The notes below the pieces were generated by a model, which saw nothing but the letters and a program-made list of their open reading frames with translations, was not told the origin of the DNA and ran no database searches. Position numbers and translations under genes: made by a program. Positions 12,754 through 25,658 of a stretch of DNA of 45,805 nt are shown one piece after another. Where the stretch lies: contig NIVC01004443.1 of assembly GCA_002269645.1 (NCBI GenBank), forward strand, positions 1-45,805, read 5' to 3'. The DNA is from Macrostomum lignano. Its lineage: Eukaryota. Position 1 is the stretch's first letter. Every line of letters begins with the position of its first letter.

Positions 12754-13878
12754 GGGAGGGGAGAGGAACAGGGGAGAGGGGAAGAGAGGAAGAAAGGGGA
12801 AGAGAGGAAGAGAGGTAAGAGAGGAAGAGAGGGAAGAGAGGAAGAGAGGTAAGAGAGGGGAAGAGGGGAAGAGAGGGAAAGAGACGGACGAGAGGGGAAG
12901 AGGGGAAGAGAGGGGAAGAGAGGGACGAGAGAGGAAGAGGGGAAGAGAGGGGAAGAGAGGGACGAGAGGGGAAGAGGGGAAGAGAGGGGATGAGGGGAAG
13001 AGAGGGGAAGAGGGGAAGAGAGGGACGAGAGGGGAAGAGGGGAAGAGAGGGGAAGAGAGGGGAAGAGAGGGGAAGAGGGGAAGAGAGGGGAAGAGAGGGA
13101 CGAGAGGGGAAGAGGGGAAGAGAGGGGAAGAGAGGGACGAGAGGGGAAGAGGGGAAGAGAGGGGAAGAGAGGGACGAGAGGGGAAGAGGGGAAGAGAGGG
13201 GAAGAGGGGAAGAGAAGGGAAGAGAGGGGAAGAGAGGGGAAGAGGGGAAGAGAGGGGAAGAGAGGGACGAGAGGGGAAGAGGGGAAGAGAGGGGAAGAGA
13301 GGGACGAGAGGGGAAGAGGGGAAGAGAGGGGAAGAGAGGGACGAGAGGGGAAGAGGGGAAGAGAGGGGAAGAGAGGGAAGAGACGTGAAAGGGGAAGAGA
13401 GGGGAAGAGGGGAAGATAGGGGAAGAGACGTGAAAGGGGAAGAGAGGGGAGAGGGAAGATAAGGGAAGATAGGGGAAGAGAGGGAAGATAGGGGAAGAGA
13501 GGGAAGAGAGGAAGAAAGGGGAAGAGAGGCGAAAGGGGAAGAGAGGGGAGAGGGAAGATAAGGGAAGATAGGGGAAGAGAGGGAAGATAGGGGAAGAGAG
13601 GGGAAGAGAGGGAAGATAGGGGAAGAGAGGGAAGAGAGGAAGAAAGGGGAAGAGAGGCGAAAGGGGAAGAGAGGGGAGAGGGAAGATAAGGGAAGATAGG
13701 GGAAGAGAGGGAAGATAGGGGAAGAGAGGGGAAGAGAGGAAGAAAGGGGAAGAGAGGTGAAAGGGGAAGAGAGGGGAGAGGGAAGATAAGGGAAGATAGG
13801 GGAAGAGAGGGGAAGAGAGGGGAAGAGAGGGGAAGGGAGGGAAGAAAGGGGAAGAGAGGGAAAGAGAGGGGAAGAGAG
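12754..13878. repeat. About 1.1-kb polypurine/polypyrimidine low-complexity tract (AGAGGGGA / AGGGGA / AGGGAAGAT units)
   Basis: The plus strand is almost only A and G. Confidence 0.95.
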
Positions 13879-14589
13879 ACGGATTAAAGACGATGATAGA
13901 CAGACAGGCAAACAGACAGCAAAGTAAAGAATTTTGCAGCTTTTGCACTAAAAAGGCAATTAAACTGGGAACACAGGTCATACTAGAATAATTAATAACA
14001 GGGGATAATCACAGAAACGCATGTTTTTCTTGTCTATCTAACGTTGCACGCAGCACAAAATCAAGTCAATCAGTTCTTACACAGTAAAAACTGACGACTC
14101 AAAATATTGACAAACGATTTAGCAGTTGCGCATAAATGACAAGCGAAATATTTCGAGTAAATAGACAGGCCTGAGTCCTGGACTCACGAAAACAGGACTC
14201 GAATATTATATTTCGAATATTATCTAGAACATTTTCGATATAAAATCCATATAATCCTTAGGTTGAAAAGTTTACTTGTAATGTGTGAAACTAATACCCC
14301 TATAATCCAGGCCACTATGGGATTAATGTCCTTAGTTTAGACGAACATTCGAGGAAAGCCACACACAACACATTATATTTATATAAGCTTGAATAGAAGT
14401 TATTATATTAATTAAAAAAATAGATTACACGGGCATAATAGGAAAGCAGAGCGACCTACTGTAGCTTGATAAATTGATCATAATTTGCCAGTCGGGAGTA
14501 ATATATAATAGTCATATGCATACAGTACTACTGACTGGCTGAACTTTGTTTTAACAAATTTACAGATTTCTGAGCGACAAAGAGGATCT

Positions 14590-15135
14590 GGACTTTGACC
14601 CCCGATGAACAACTGGGATAAGGGGGACTTTGACCCCCCGATGAACAACTGGGGTAAGGGGGACTTTGACCCCCCGATGAACAACTGGGATAAGGGGGAC
14701 TTTGACCCCCTGATGAAGAACTGGGGTAAGGGGGACTTTGACCCCCCGATGAACAACTGGGATAAGGGGATTTTGACCCCCCGATGAAGAACTGGGGTAA
14801 GGGGGACTTTGACCCCCCGATGAACAACTGGGATAATGGGGATTTTGACCCCCCATTGAAGGACTGGGTAAGGGGGATTTAGACCCCCCATTGAAGGACT
14901 GGGGCAAGGGGGACTTTGACCCCCCGATGAAGAACTGGGGTAAGGGGGCTTTGACCCCCCATTGAAGGACTGGGGCAAGGGGGACTTTGACCCCCCGATG
15001 AAGAACTGGGGTAAGGGGGGCTTTGATTCCCGATGAATTACTGGGGCAAGGGGGGCTTTGACCCCGGATGAAGGACTGAGGTAAGGGGACTTTGAACCCT
15101 CGATAGACAAGGGTAAGGGGGACTTTGACCCCTCC
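14590..15135. repeat. 37-bp minisatellite (gggggactttgaccccccgatgaacaactgggataag), about 15 copies, each with a G5/C5 hairpin
   Basis: Direct tandem periodicity. Confidence 0.95.
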
Positions 15136-15467
15136 TAAAGGATAAGGGCAATTAGATTTACACTACAATCAGTCAAATTACAATATAATGAGCAAGTAAA
15201 AACTGATTACAATATATTCCATATACAATTACACCATAAGAATATATATAAATAAGAGATAATTTTATATTTCACAATAGCAACAGGCGGCAATGAAGCA
15301 AATTAAGCAAAATAGACAAACAATAAATAAATAATATTTAGTAATAGTAGTAGTAGTAGCAATAATAAATAAATATAATAGGCTGAAATTCTACCAGTTA
15401 TCGATAATGCGTGCATCATCATCATCAGTAAAGCTGACACACGGCGCCGCTCTTGGATGCCGAAAGG

Positions 15468-17823
15468 TCAGCGACATTCCCAAACCTTCACAGTTTGATC
15501 AACGCAGCCGCTGACCAAATATGGCGATTTCTTGTGAAAGTCAATTGTAGTAACAAAATGCGAGTGCGCGTCTAACGTTTTCGTATTCCTTTTGTTCGCC
15601 AGGTCCCACACTCGGATGGTTTTGTCGTCCGAGCACGAGACAAGGTACTTGCCGCCTGGGTGGAACAGCACCGCCCGGACCCAGTTGTCGTGGCCAACCA
15701 GGGTGAACAGGCACAGCTGGGCGCTCGTGTCCCAGAACTTGATCACCCGGTCTCTGCGGGGCGAACCGGGTGTCAGAAGGTTGAAGTTCTGAGAAATTCT
15801 CCTTTGAACCTCAAATTGGCTCAAATTAAATTGGGAAATACCCCTGAGACAGACTCACTCCAAAGTACACTGAAAAATACCCCCTGAGACAGACTCACTC
15901 CAGTGCACACTGAGAAATACCCCTGAGACAGATTTACTCCAGAGCACACTGAGAAATACCCCTAAGACAGATTAACTCTAAAGTACACTGAAAAATACCC
16001 CCTGAGACAGACTCACTCCAGTGCACACTGAGAAATACCCCTGAGACAGATTTACTCCAGAGCACACTGAGAAATACCCCTAAGACAGATTAACTCTAAA
16101 GTACACTGAAAAATACCCCCTGAGACAGACTCCAGAGCACACTGAGAAATACCCCTGAGACAGACTCACTTTAAAGCACACTGAGAAATACCCCTGAGAC
16201 AGACTCACTTTAAAGCACACTGAGAAATACCCCTGAGACAGACTCACTCCAAAGCACACTGAGAAATACCTCTGAGACAGACTCTGCAAAGTACACTGAA
16301 AAATACCCCTGAGATAGACTCCAGAGCACACTGAGACAACCTGAACCTCAGCGAGAAATGCGGGCTACTCCACAATGCAGCCAGTGAGTTACCTGCCAGC
16401 GCTAACTAGGTAGGGCCCAGGCCTCTTGTTAGCATCACCGCCAGCAGCCTGACAGACGGCCTCCTTGGCATTGTCAGGCGCCCAGGCTACGGCCTCAACA
16501 ACATTCTCGTGTTCGCGCAGGTCCGCTTTGCACTCCTTGGTTGCTACAAGCCACACGCGGACTGAGTGATCGTTTGAGCACGAGGCGATTAAAGTGCCGT
16601 CTGGAGACACTCGAACCATCCGGACCCACTGCTGGTGTCCGGCTAGGGTCTTCACGCAGTAGCCGGTGGACACCTCCCACACCTGCAAGTGAAGCATTTG
16701 TTGGAATACACATTAAAATATATACTGTTACAGCTACTGAGCTCTGCAATATGAAAATCTGAAAATATGTAATGATCTGCGCAATGAAGAACTGAAACTG
16801 AAGGCCTGAAGCTACACATTCACTCAAACCTGAAGGCCTGAAGCTACACATTCACTCGAGCCTGAAGGCCTGAAGCTACACATTCACTCGAATCTGAAGA
16901 CCTGAAGCTACAGACTCACTCGAACGTCTCGAATCTGAAGGCCTGAAGCTACACATTCACTCGAACCTGAAGCTACACATTCACTCAAACCTGAAGGCCT
17001 GAAGCCATAGACTCACTCGAACCTGAAGGCCTGAAGCTACACATTCACTCGATCCTGAAGCTACACATTCACTCAAATCTGAAGGCCTGAAGCCATAGAC
17101 TCACTCGAACCTGAAGGCCTGAAGCTAGAAATTCACTCGAACCTGAAGGCCTAAAGCTACACATTCACTGAAACTCACCTTAATCAGCTGATCTCTCCCG
17201 GCAGACACCAGGAAATCCCCAGACGGTGTGAAATGCACCGAGGACACGTTGTGATCGTGACCAGACAGTGTCTTCAAGCACTCGTAAGTAGTGAAATCCC
17301 ACAATTTGACTTGCAGATCGTGAGAACAAGAGGCCAAAAGTTTGCCTGAAGCATCGAAAGCCAAGTCTTGCACAGAGTTAGTGTGGCCCTTCATCGTGCG
17401 CTCAAATTCGCCAGATTCATAATCCCACACCTTGATAGTGGCATCCTCACTGGCTGAGACCATCTGAGCATAGATCGGGTGGAATTTCACGCAGGTGACT
17501 GGGCCCCGGTGACCCGGGAACTCATACTTCGCCGGCGGCCTCGGGATCCACTCAGTAGGGGATCGTTTATCCCTCGATGGCGCACCAACGTTAATTTCGC
17601 TCTCAGCCTCCGATAATTTCTTTTCTAAATCGTGCACCTTCTTTTGCAAACGAATCACTGATGTCCATTTCTTTTGCAGCAGGTCCTCATACTTTTTGTC
17701 AATTTCGCCTTGCAGCTCGGATTCTTCTTTGAACTGTTCAAATGTTTTTGTATAGCCCTGCGATTTCAGGTAATCGGCTATGGCTTTGTTCAGTTCTTCT
17801 CTCTGTCGTTGAGACAAAACCAT
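15468..17823 (-). CDS. LIS1: LIS1 (lissencephaly-1 / PAFAH1B1 homolog), LisH + coiled coil + 7 WD40 dynein regulator, 406 aa; exons 17823-17179, 16682-16393, 15753-15468
   Basis: [19 protein letters not shown]...[13 protein letters not shown]...EWIPRPP...GHDNWVR...[10 protein letters not shown] matches known LIS1. The two GT-AG introns (phase 0 and phase 2) give a continuous 1221-nt ORF. Confidence 0.97.
15835..16336. repeat. 39-bp minisatellite in LIS1 intron 2 (gagaaatacccctgagacagactcactccagagcacact), about 13 copies
   Basis: Direct periodicity, including a duplicated 3-unit block. Confidence 0.93.
16798..17172. repeat. 32/24-bp minisatellite in LIS1 intron 1 (ctgaaggcctgaagctacacattcactcgaac), about 12 copies
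   Basis: Direct periodicity; runs up to the exon-1 donor site. Confidence 0.93.
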
Positions 17824-18539
17824 GGTGACTTGGAGATGAATTGTGAGGTGAGAGCTGGCATGCATAAAGTTGATGATAGTCAGTACATTGATCACACTGG
17901 AGCCTTTTTGTCATTGCATTATAAATGCCCAGTGCATATCTGTTTGTTCATGACATTCAAACACAGGATTCGACACTTACATAGGCTACTCCTAAAAAAT
18001 TAACCAAAACAAAAACTAAAATTTGTTCTAAAAATTTTCTCAGGATTTATTATATCTAGTTAATAGTTACAAACTCTAAGTTTTGAGATACAAAAATTTT
18101 TAAATAAAAGTTCATGTTTTAATTCAGTTCATAATCAGTATATCAGTATACTTTACTTATAGATCTATTGTTGATGCTGAAACAAACAGAACTTAATTTA
18201 ACTAGTAGTGTTTCATCATAATTAAGAAGTACAAAGGCAATAAAAAGTCCTGTCACTTTAACATTAACATTTATTTTTGCTATAAACAGCAAAAATAAAT
18301 GTTTATAATATTGTCATATGAGAAAATGACATTAATGTAAAAAATTCCAGGCTCTGTTGTAACATACAAGAAGTTTTAAGTGTCTATGGCCATTCTTTCT
18401 CCTCATTTGTCAATTTAGGACCATAGACATATAGGCATAGGTATTTATGGGCCTAGATTCACTGTAAAAGGAAAAATAATGTCAGGATAAATTTTAATTT
18501 GTTAGCATGGTCTTACCACACTTCAAAAAAGATCAATCA

Positions 18540-18986
18540 CTTAATCAATTATTCAAATTTGCCTGGAGAAGTTCTATTTGGTATGTCAATCAAAGAGCTA
18601 GCCTGGATTTCAGTGGAGTCAAACAGCCAGTATTTGGAGGAATTGAGCAAGGAATTGGCAGACAAGATTGAGTCAGAAGAGATTCTTGACATTCCAGCAC
18701 TGGTCACAAGAATCTAGAAAGTGTAGAATGAGACTCAAGGATTAGGAGAGATGCCAACTTTAGAACTATGTCCAAAGCCCTGTCCATTGACGCTAGTACA
18801 TCAACTGTGTGCATTAAGCATGTGGGCCCTACTGGTATAATGTCAATCAAGGAATCAGTACGTACCTGCACAGTTCATCAAGCTAAAGGTCAACCACATA
18901 CGCCTTTGCCCATTTCAACAATCAGTGTCAATTTTTCTGGCACATTTCAAAATTGTACATTTGATTTTAAAGGCCTGAACAACTAG
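18540..18986 (+). mobile_element. Possible degenerate Crypton/DUF3504-type tyrosine-recombinase relic
   Basis: Fragments in different frames: IWYVNQ, EEIL..TGHKNLESV, MSKALS and a terminal NFSGTFQNCTFDF, in the order expected for Crypton-type YR C-termini. No HSxR motif recovered. Confidence 0.3.
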
Positions 18987-20592
18987 CGGACCCAATGTTT
19001 TAATAATGAATAATTTGGCACATTAACGGCAACTCAACTGACTAACTGTTGACTAACTTGTCTTCTAAAACCACATTGTATGCGCATGTTTTGTTTTGTT
19101 GCTTTGTTTGTATTCAATCTATTGAAATAAAAATGTCATAGACAATTTGAGGCAAGAATTATCATATTGATACCTTGAAAATGCAGGCATATGCCCTAAA
19201 AATTATGACAATACTTAAATTTTCTACATAAGGCTTCTTTCAAATTGATCTTAGTTGTTACCATAGACAGAAAATGATATACAAACTGCCAAGAGGAGTT
19301 TCTTGACTATTATGATAGTGAATGTTATATAAGCTAAAGATCAAAGCTCAAAGCATGCAATGGAAGCATCCCAATAAGTCCAAAGCATCCCAAAAGCCAA
19401 AATGGTACCATTTGATAAAGAAGTAGATAGGGGCACTATCTAGGATCAGCAAAGGACATAACAGTCATGGGAGACCTATTCATTGCTACATTGACTACAT
19501 AGGCATCCTTGGTAAACCAGTTGTTACAAATACTAAGTTGAAGATTAGTATAATATAGGCATTTAAAAGCTCCCAAAGTACTGGGTTGAGCCACCAAGTG
19601 TGTCATTGCACTTTGAGATTGCCTTTAGAAGGCAGAAATTCTACCATAGGATAGAGTAATCCAAACTCAGAGCTTGAAGAACCCACCTTAGGACAGAATA
19701 CCCAGTGAGTAAGCTGTGACCCTCTGATCCTGGGAATGCCCAGGACTGAGTATAAAAAAACTTACATGTAGAGTATAGATGGGAATTAGACAGTGCCATA
19801 AGACTACTTAGGCCAAAAGTATAATACATGTAAATATTCTACCAGTAAATTAATACATGCACTACTAGTAGATATATTATATATGCTACCAGAAGTACAA
19901 CATCTATAAAAGTACAAGTATTATAAGAACTAATTAATATAACTTTGGAAACTTAACAGAGATTTTAATAAAGAGAAGTTTAGCCTTCTGACTAGTGATG
20001 GATCCAAATCTGAATCTAAAAAAGTCTCATTTTTTAGGAATCCAAGTGTTTTGGATTTGGAAATTTTATTTTTTGATTTTCCAAACATGCTTCCAAATAT
20101 GAAAAAAAAAAAATTATACAAACATAAAAGAAATACAACTTTTGAAAAAAGAAAGTAAATTAAAAAATGAAAATTATACTAAATTTAAAATCATATTGTA
20201 CATTTTTACAATTGCCTATTTTTGCAATAACATATTTTAAAAAAGTGTTATCAAATAAAAATTTACTTAACTTTGGGCCCTTTGAGGCATTTAACTTAAA
20301 GTTGAAAAAACATTTTTTAGGAGGTAATCATTATTTAAGTATTTAATAATTACTTTGTTTTTTTTCAAAATGCAAATGCAATGGACTTTTGAACATGCAG
20401 TGCACATGGTAAAGTTATCAAATAGCACAAATATAATGTCAGTTCTAGTATTAGACTAGCAATCTTCGCCCCCCGTTGGGGACATCTGGATAGAATCTCT
20501 GTTCTCTACAAGTAACAAAAAGACAGCCAAATAAAGCCTTCACAAAGACGACAGACAAACTGCTCAAATAAAGTGTAATGCAAAAAGAAATC

Positions 20593-20690
20593 ATCCCAAG
20601 ACAGCAAGCATCCCCCAGATAGCAAGCATCCCCCCAGATTGCAAGCATCCCCCCAGATAGCAAGCATCCCCAAATAGTAAGCATCCACCA
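20593..20690. repeat. About 19-bp tandem repeat (cagatagcaagcatccccc), about 5 copies
   Basis: Direct periodicity. Confidence 0.85.
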
Positions 20691-20779
20691 TACAATAAGT
20701 AGCTAGTGCTACAATTTCCTTAGCTCTATAGTGGCTCCTTTAAAATTGGCATGACACTTACTTTTACGTTTGAAATTGT

Positions 20780-21735
20780 GTATCTTTTATGGTGGCTCTT
20801 AAATGTTTGACATGGTGGCTCTTTTATGTTCTACATGGTGGCTCTTTTATGTTCTACATGGTGGCTCTTTATTGTTTGACATAGTGGCTCTTTTATTTTT
20901 GAGATGTTGGCTCTTTAATGTTCGACTTGGTGGCTCTTTAATTTTCGACATGGTGGCTCTTTAATGTTAGACATGGTGCCTCTTTAATGTTTGACATGGT
21001 GGCTCTTTAATGTTAGACATGGTGGCTCTTTAATGTTAGACATGGTGGCTCTTTAATGTTCGACATGGTGGCACTTTAATGTTTGAAATGGTGGCTCTTT
21101 AATGTTAGATATGGTGGCTTTTTAATGTTTGACATGGTGGCTCTTTAATGTTTGACATGAAGTCACATATATGTTGGACATGGTGGCTCTTTAATTTCGA
21201 CATGGTGGCTCTTTAATGTTAGACATGGTGGCTATTTAATGTTCGACATGGTGGCTCTTTAATGTTTGACATCGTGGCTCTTTAATGTTAGACATGGTGG
21301 CTCTTTAATGTTTGACATGAAGTCACATATATGTTGGACATGGTGGCTCTTTAATGTTTGACATGGTGTCTCTTTAATGGTCGACATGATGGCTCTTTAA
21401 TGTTTGACATGGTGGCTCTTTAATGTTAGACATGGTGGCTCTTTATTGTTAGACATGGTGGCACTTTAATGTTAAACATGGTGGCTCTTTAATGTTACAC
21501 ATGGTGGCTCTTTAATGTTAGACATGGTGGCTCTTTAATGTTCGACATGGTGACTCTTTAATGTTAGACATGGTGGCTCTTTAATGTTAGACATGGTGGC
21601 TCTTTAATAATAGACATGGTGGCTCTTTAATGGTCGACATGGTGGCTCTTTAATGGTCGACATGGTGGCTCTTTAATGTTCGACATGGTGGCTCTTTAAT
21701 GTTTGACATGGTGGCTCTTTAATGTTTGACATTGT
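20780..21735. repeat. 23-bp minisatellite (acatggtggctctttaatgttag), about 41 copies
   Basis: Direct periodicity; two identical aberrant units at about 21154 and 21314. Confidence 0.95.
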
Positions 21736-21792
21736 GCTTTTTTGTGTTTAGCATTTTGTGTTTTTAAGGTTTTTGAATAAAAAAATCTTTTT

Positions 21793-21857
21793 GCACTACT
21801 AAGATTCGAACCCAGGTTGCTGCATTAGCAGTCTAGTCTGTTCGCATCTATGCTATC
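21793..21857 (-). mobile_element. tRNA-like sequence (SINE head or tRNA pseudogene)
   Basis: Minus strand has an A-box-like TAGCATAGATG, a CT-GCT-AA anticodon-like loop and B box GGTTCGAATC. Stems pair poorly and the long Ser variable arm is absent. Confidence 0.5.
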
Positions 21858-22985
21858 TCTTGTCAATTGGAGTACATGAATTGTGGCCCTTATAATTAAA
21901 TTCTTTTAGCAAATTGGTTAGAGTAAAAAGTTATAACATAATCAATTTCTCAGTCAGCCAGTATCAGTCCCAAATAAGTTAGCAATATGGTTACGCAATT
22001 TCAATCAAGTCGGGTGTGCATTTGTTCGGCACTGTTTTCAACTGGTTGTGATGTAATCTTTATCACAATTGGAATTCAGTCAGTCAGTTTTTTCTCTAGC
22101 ATTCTTACAATGCATTTTAGGTCGAAAGAGCTGCTTGACCTTTGCAAAAAAGCATGTTTTTCGAATATTTAATCCCTTTAATATTGAGCAATTTCTTAGC
22201 CAAGATGCATGTACCGTCCCAGGAAAATTTCTGATCGAATGGTGCAAGTTTGAAGAAAATCGGTTGAGCCATTTTTTCTGAAATCTATCGCATACCTACC
22301 TACCTACCCACAGACAACTCATTTTTAGTATATAGGACTATTAGTAATTGGAATTAGAGATTTAGTATATTTAGATTAGTTAGATTAGATATATTAGAAT
22401 TAAGTTTAATTACAAGTTCAATTCAATTTAGATACTAGATAGATATAGTATTATAAGCCTAAGATAGATTGAATCTTGTTAGTATAAATTAATGTATACC
22501 ATTAATATGATTACTAACTAGATAACGAGGCATTTTTGTTACTGAAAGGTGTCATAGTTATACCCACTATTTACCTTTCATTTTTTTGATATTTGGAAAC
22601 ATTTAAATATTTGGATTCAGATTTGGAATTGTTTTGTACATTTGGATTTGGTTTCAGAAACTTACAAAAATCTACATTTGGTCTATCACTACCTCTGACA
22701 ACTTGGTGGCAGTTTGTAAGATTATATCAGGGTTAGAAGTAACCCTTGCATCAACTTTGGTGGCAACTTTAGGAAATTTATAAGGTAGGAATAATAAAAA
22801 GTAGCCTTACAACAAATTGTAATTCTATTTCAATCACAATTGTGTAAAGTAGGCAGATTTAGGGGGAGCCCTATTGCAGCCAAGGTCTAAACCGCGCCGG
22901 ATGCCCCCCTTTCCCGTGCCAGACATCTACCCATACCACGCCACGGCCAGTCCCCAGGATCAGTGATTTGGTTCAATTTTCTCAT

Positions 22986-23063
22986 GCCCCCGCGCCACGC
23001 CGCCGCGCGCCGCCGCCACACGCCACGCCACCGCGCGCCGCCGCCGCGCGCCGCGCCGCTGCC
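22986..23063. repeat. GC-rich low-complexity tract (cgccg/cgcca units)
   Basis: Read directly from the sequence. Confidence 0.8.
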
Positions 23064-25163
23064 AGGCCAATCTGCGCTGGACGCCGTCCGCCAAAATGCC
23101 CATGCACTACAATCAGGAGGGGGAGGGTAGCTGCCCCCCTAAAATAGCTTGATGAAACATATTGCACCCCCAAAAAACCTAAGTTTGCACTCTTTAAACT
23201 TGATTATTTGCTTCCTATACACATCCTTTGCCATGGAAAATTCTGGCACACACAAGGGGTCCTTGGCATACTTGGCGCACAATCATGGCACACACTGAGG
23301 TCCCTGGCACATACTGCGCATAATTGCGGCGCATAAGATCCCTGACATGCATGAAAATTGTAATGCAAATTAACAATTTTATGTAAAATAAAGGAGATTT
23401 GTATAGTCTAGAAAGTCAATGATAAACTTTTTGCTTCTTTAAAATTAACAGTAAATAAAGTTAGTATAAATTATTGCTAAGAACGTCAATTTTGCATTAC
23501 TCTATTTGTAGGTATAATTTAAGTTTGTTTAAAATGAAAACATTTTAAAAAGACTTTTCATATGAAGGCCTTTCTTAGAAAACTCTACTCGTGAAGAGTG
23601 GCCCACAGACGGCACGCAGACAGCGCATAAATGGCGCATAGATGGCGCATAGACAGCGCACAAATCGTCCTAAAAAAATTATTCTAGCGCACACTGTGCC
23701 ACCTTGACTATGGGCCCCTAGCTCAAAAATTGGCACCCCTCATACTAATGATGGCGCCTCAAACTAGGACTGCCCCCTCCTTAAAGTGAAATTGTTCTCT
23801 TTTATCCCAGGTCCAATTTTTGTTATTTTTTTGCCAAATTCAGCTTTTGCTTTTTTGGTGTCACTATGACAAGGAGCAGAATGATGTATCCAATTTATGA
23901 GCCTAATAAGTTGATAGGCAGGCTTTTAATTAAGCTAAGTTAGCTGTATAAGTAATAATATAGTTTTTAGTATGCTATCACGACACAAAAAAGCTATGAA
24001 CTTCATACCATACCATGTCTATAATATCATAAAATGAAACATAGGTGGCTAGGCCTAATCTATTTAACTAATGTTGATTCATTCTTAATGCTTTAGCATG
24101 CACCAACGTAGCTTGCTTTTAATAATTAAAAAAATATGAATGCATGAACAAACAAGTAAAGTTGTTTTTTTAGTTAAACTTATAAGGGTAAGTTTAATTC
24201 ATTTTAAGTTTAACATAGGCCCTATCCAGGTATTAACCAAATTTCGTTGAAAACATAAATAATTGACGACACAGCAACATAGTCAGTTACAAACTGTACG
24301 TGGGCATCTAGTTTTCGCCCTCTCCGAAACTTCATTTTTAGGGGATACCATACAGGTATCTCCAGCAGTCCAGCCTACGTCAGACCTAAAGTATCTTATG
24401 AAAATTGAAAATTAAGAGGGTGAAGGGGTAAATATATTCTTAGAAAAAAACGTAAAATTTAAAAACCGAAGTAAATTCTCAAGCAAGTGAAGTTTTTATG
24501 TTTATATTCAGAATATGCTACTTAATTAAGACTTTCTATGCTAGAAGCGATTTACTTATTGAAAACTTTTTTTGAATAATTTAAACAGGATTTGTTTCAC
24601 TGTTAACAAATGCCTTAAAAAAACAATGGGTTTTCTACCGCATAAGTCAATAGCGAAAAAGTGTCAATTGACAAGCGTCTTGAAATAATGTTGGTTTTAT
24701 AAACATGGTGCCCTAATCGTTCTCAAGAGAACTCATTTTTTACATACATTTACAGTATGGTTGAAACACAAAATTAAATCTTCGATCCAGCGGCCAGCTT
24801 GAGACCACCGATCAAAGTTTTAATATCTGTGTTTTAGACAGACTTGCTTTAAAAACGGTCTCTGCGTTCTTCCCAGGCTTCAATACTGATTAAATAGACA
24901 ATAAAAGACAATGAGGAAGCAAATACTTTTTCTGTTGGATTATTGTATCCAAATTTGTTCGGAAAAGTTCACTAGCACACTGACAGAGAAGAACAAGAAC
25001 TGAAGAGAGAAAAGTATAAAAAGCCTTGGAGGCTGAAAGTTGATTCGTTCTTTAAAAACTCTTTGTGCTGGTCCTGCTTTAAACCACAACTTTTTTTACC
25101 TCAACCACTTATCCTCGATACGTCACCTACAGTGGCTAGCTAAATTATAACTGTGAGTTGGTT

Positions 25164-25392
25164 GGCGCCGAATTGAATATATCTCTGTGCATGGCACCAA
25201 TTTGAGTACTTTTAGGGCACCAATTTGAGTATCTCTGTGGCGCCAATTTGAGTACTTTTAGGGCCCCTATTTGAGTATCGCTGGGGCGCAATTTAAGAAT
25301 CTAGGTGGCGCCACTTGAGTATCTCGTGGCGCCTAATTTGAGTATCTTACAAGCGCCAATTGAGTATCTTTCAAACGCCATTATGAGTTATC
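25164..25392. repeat. Degenerate about 23-bp tandem repeat (ggcgccaatttgagtatct...), about 10 copies
   Basis: Recurrent caatttgagta core at about 23-bp spacing. Confidence 0.8.
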
Positions 25393-25412
25393 TTCGAGGC
25401 AGGGCCGCACAC

Positions 25413-25622
25413 TAGTAGTATGTATAGTATGTAGTAGTAGTAGTAGTGGTATTAGCTAGTAGTAGTAGTAGTAGTAGTGGTATTAGCTAGTAGTAGTAGT
25501 AGTAGTATTAGCTAGTAGTAGTAGTAGTAGTAGCAGTAGTAGTATAGTATTAGCTAGTAGTAGTAGTAGTAGTAGTATAGTAGTAGTAGTAGTAGTAGTA
25601 GTAGTATAGTAGTAGTAGTAGT

Positions 25623-25658
<36 letters not shown>

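Noticed and set aside
12572-13981. 469-, 402- and 241-aa Pro/Ser/Leu or Arg/Gly/Glu ORFs
   Set aside because: They arise because the purine tract lacks stop codons; no coding signals.
11080-15135. 37-bp arrays as CRISPR
   Set aside because: Units are contiguous with no unique spacers, there are no cas genes, and the context is eukaryotic.
14478-16331. Repetitive ORFs (GGSKSP..., SLSQGYFSV...)
   Set aside because: They are translations of minisatellites.
19380-19800. LINE endonuclease relic (VMGDL, IDYI-like peptides)
   Set aside because: Motif spacing is wrong and there are many stops; likely chance.
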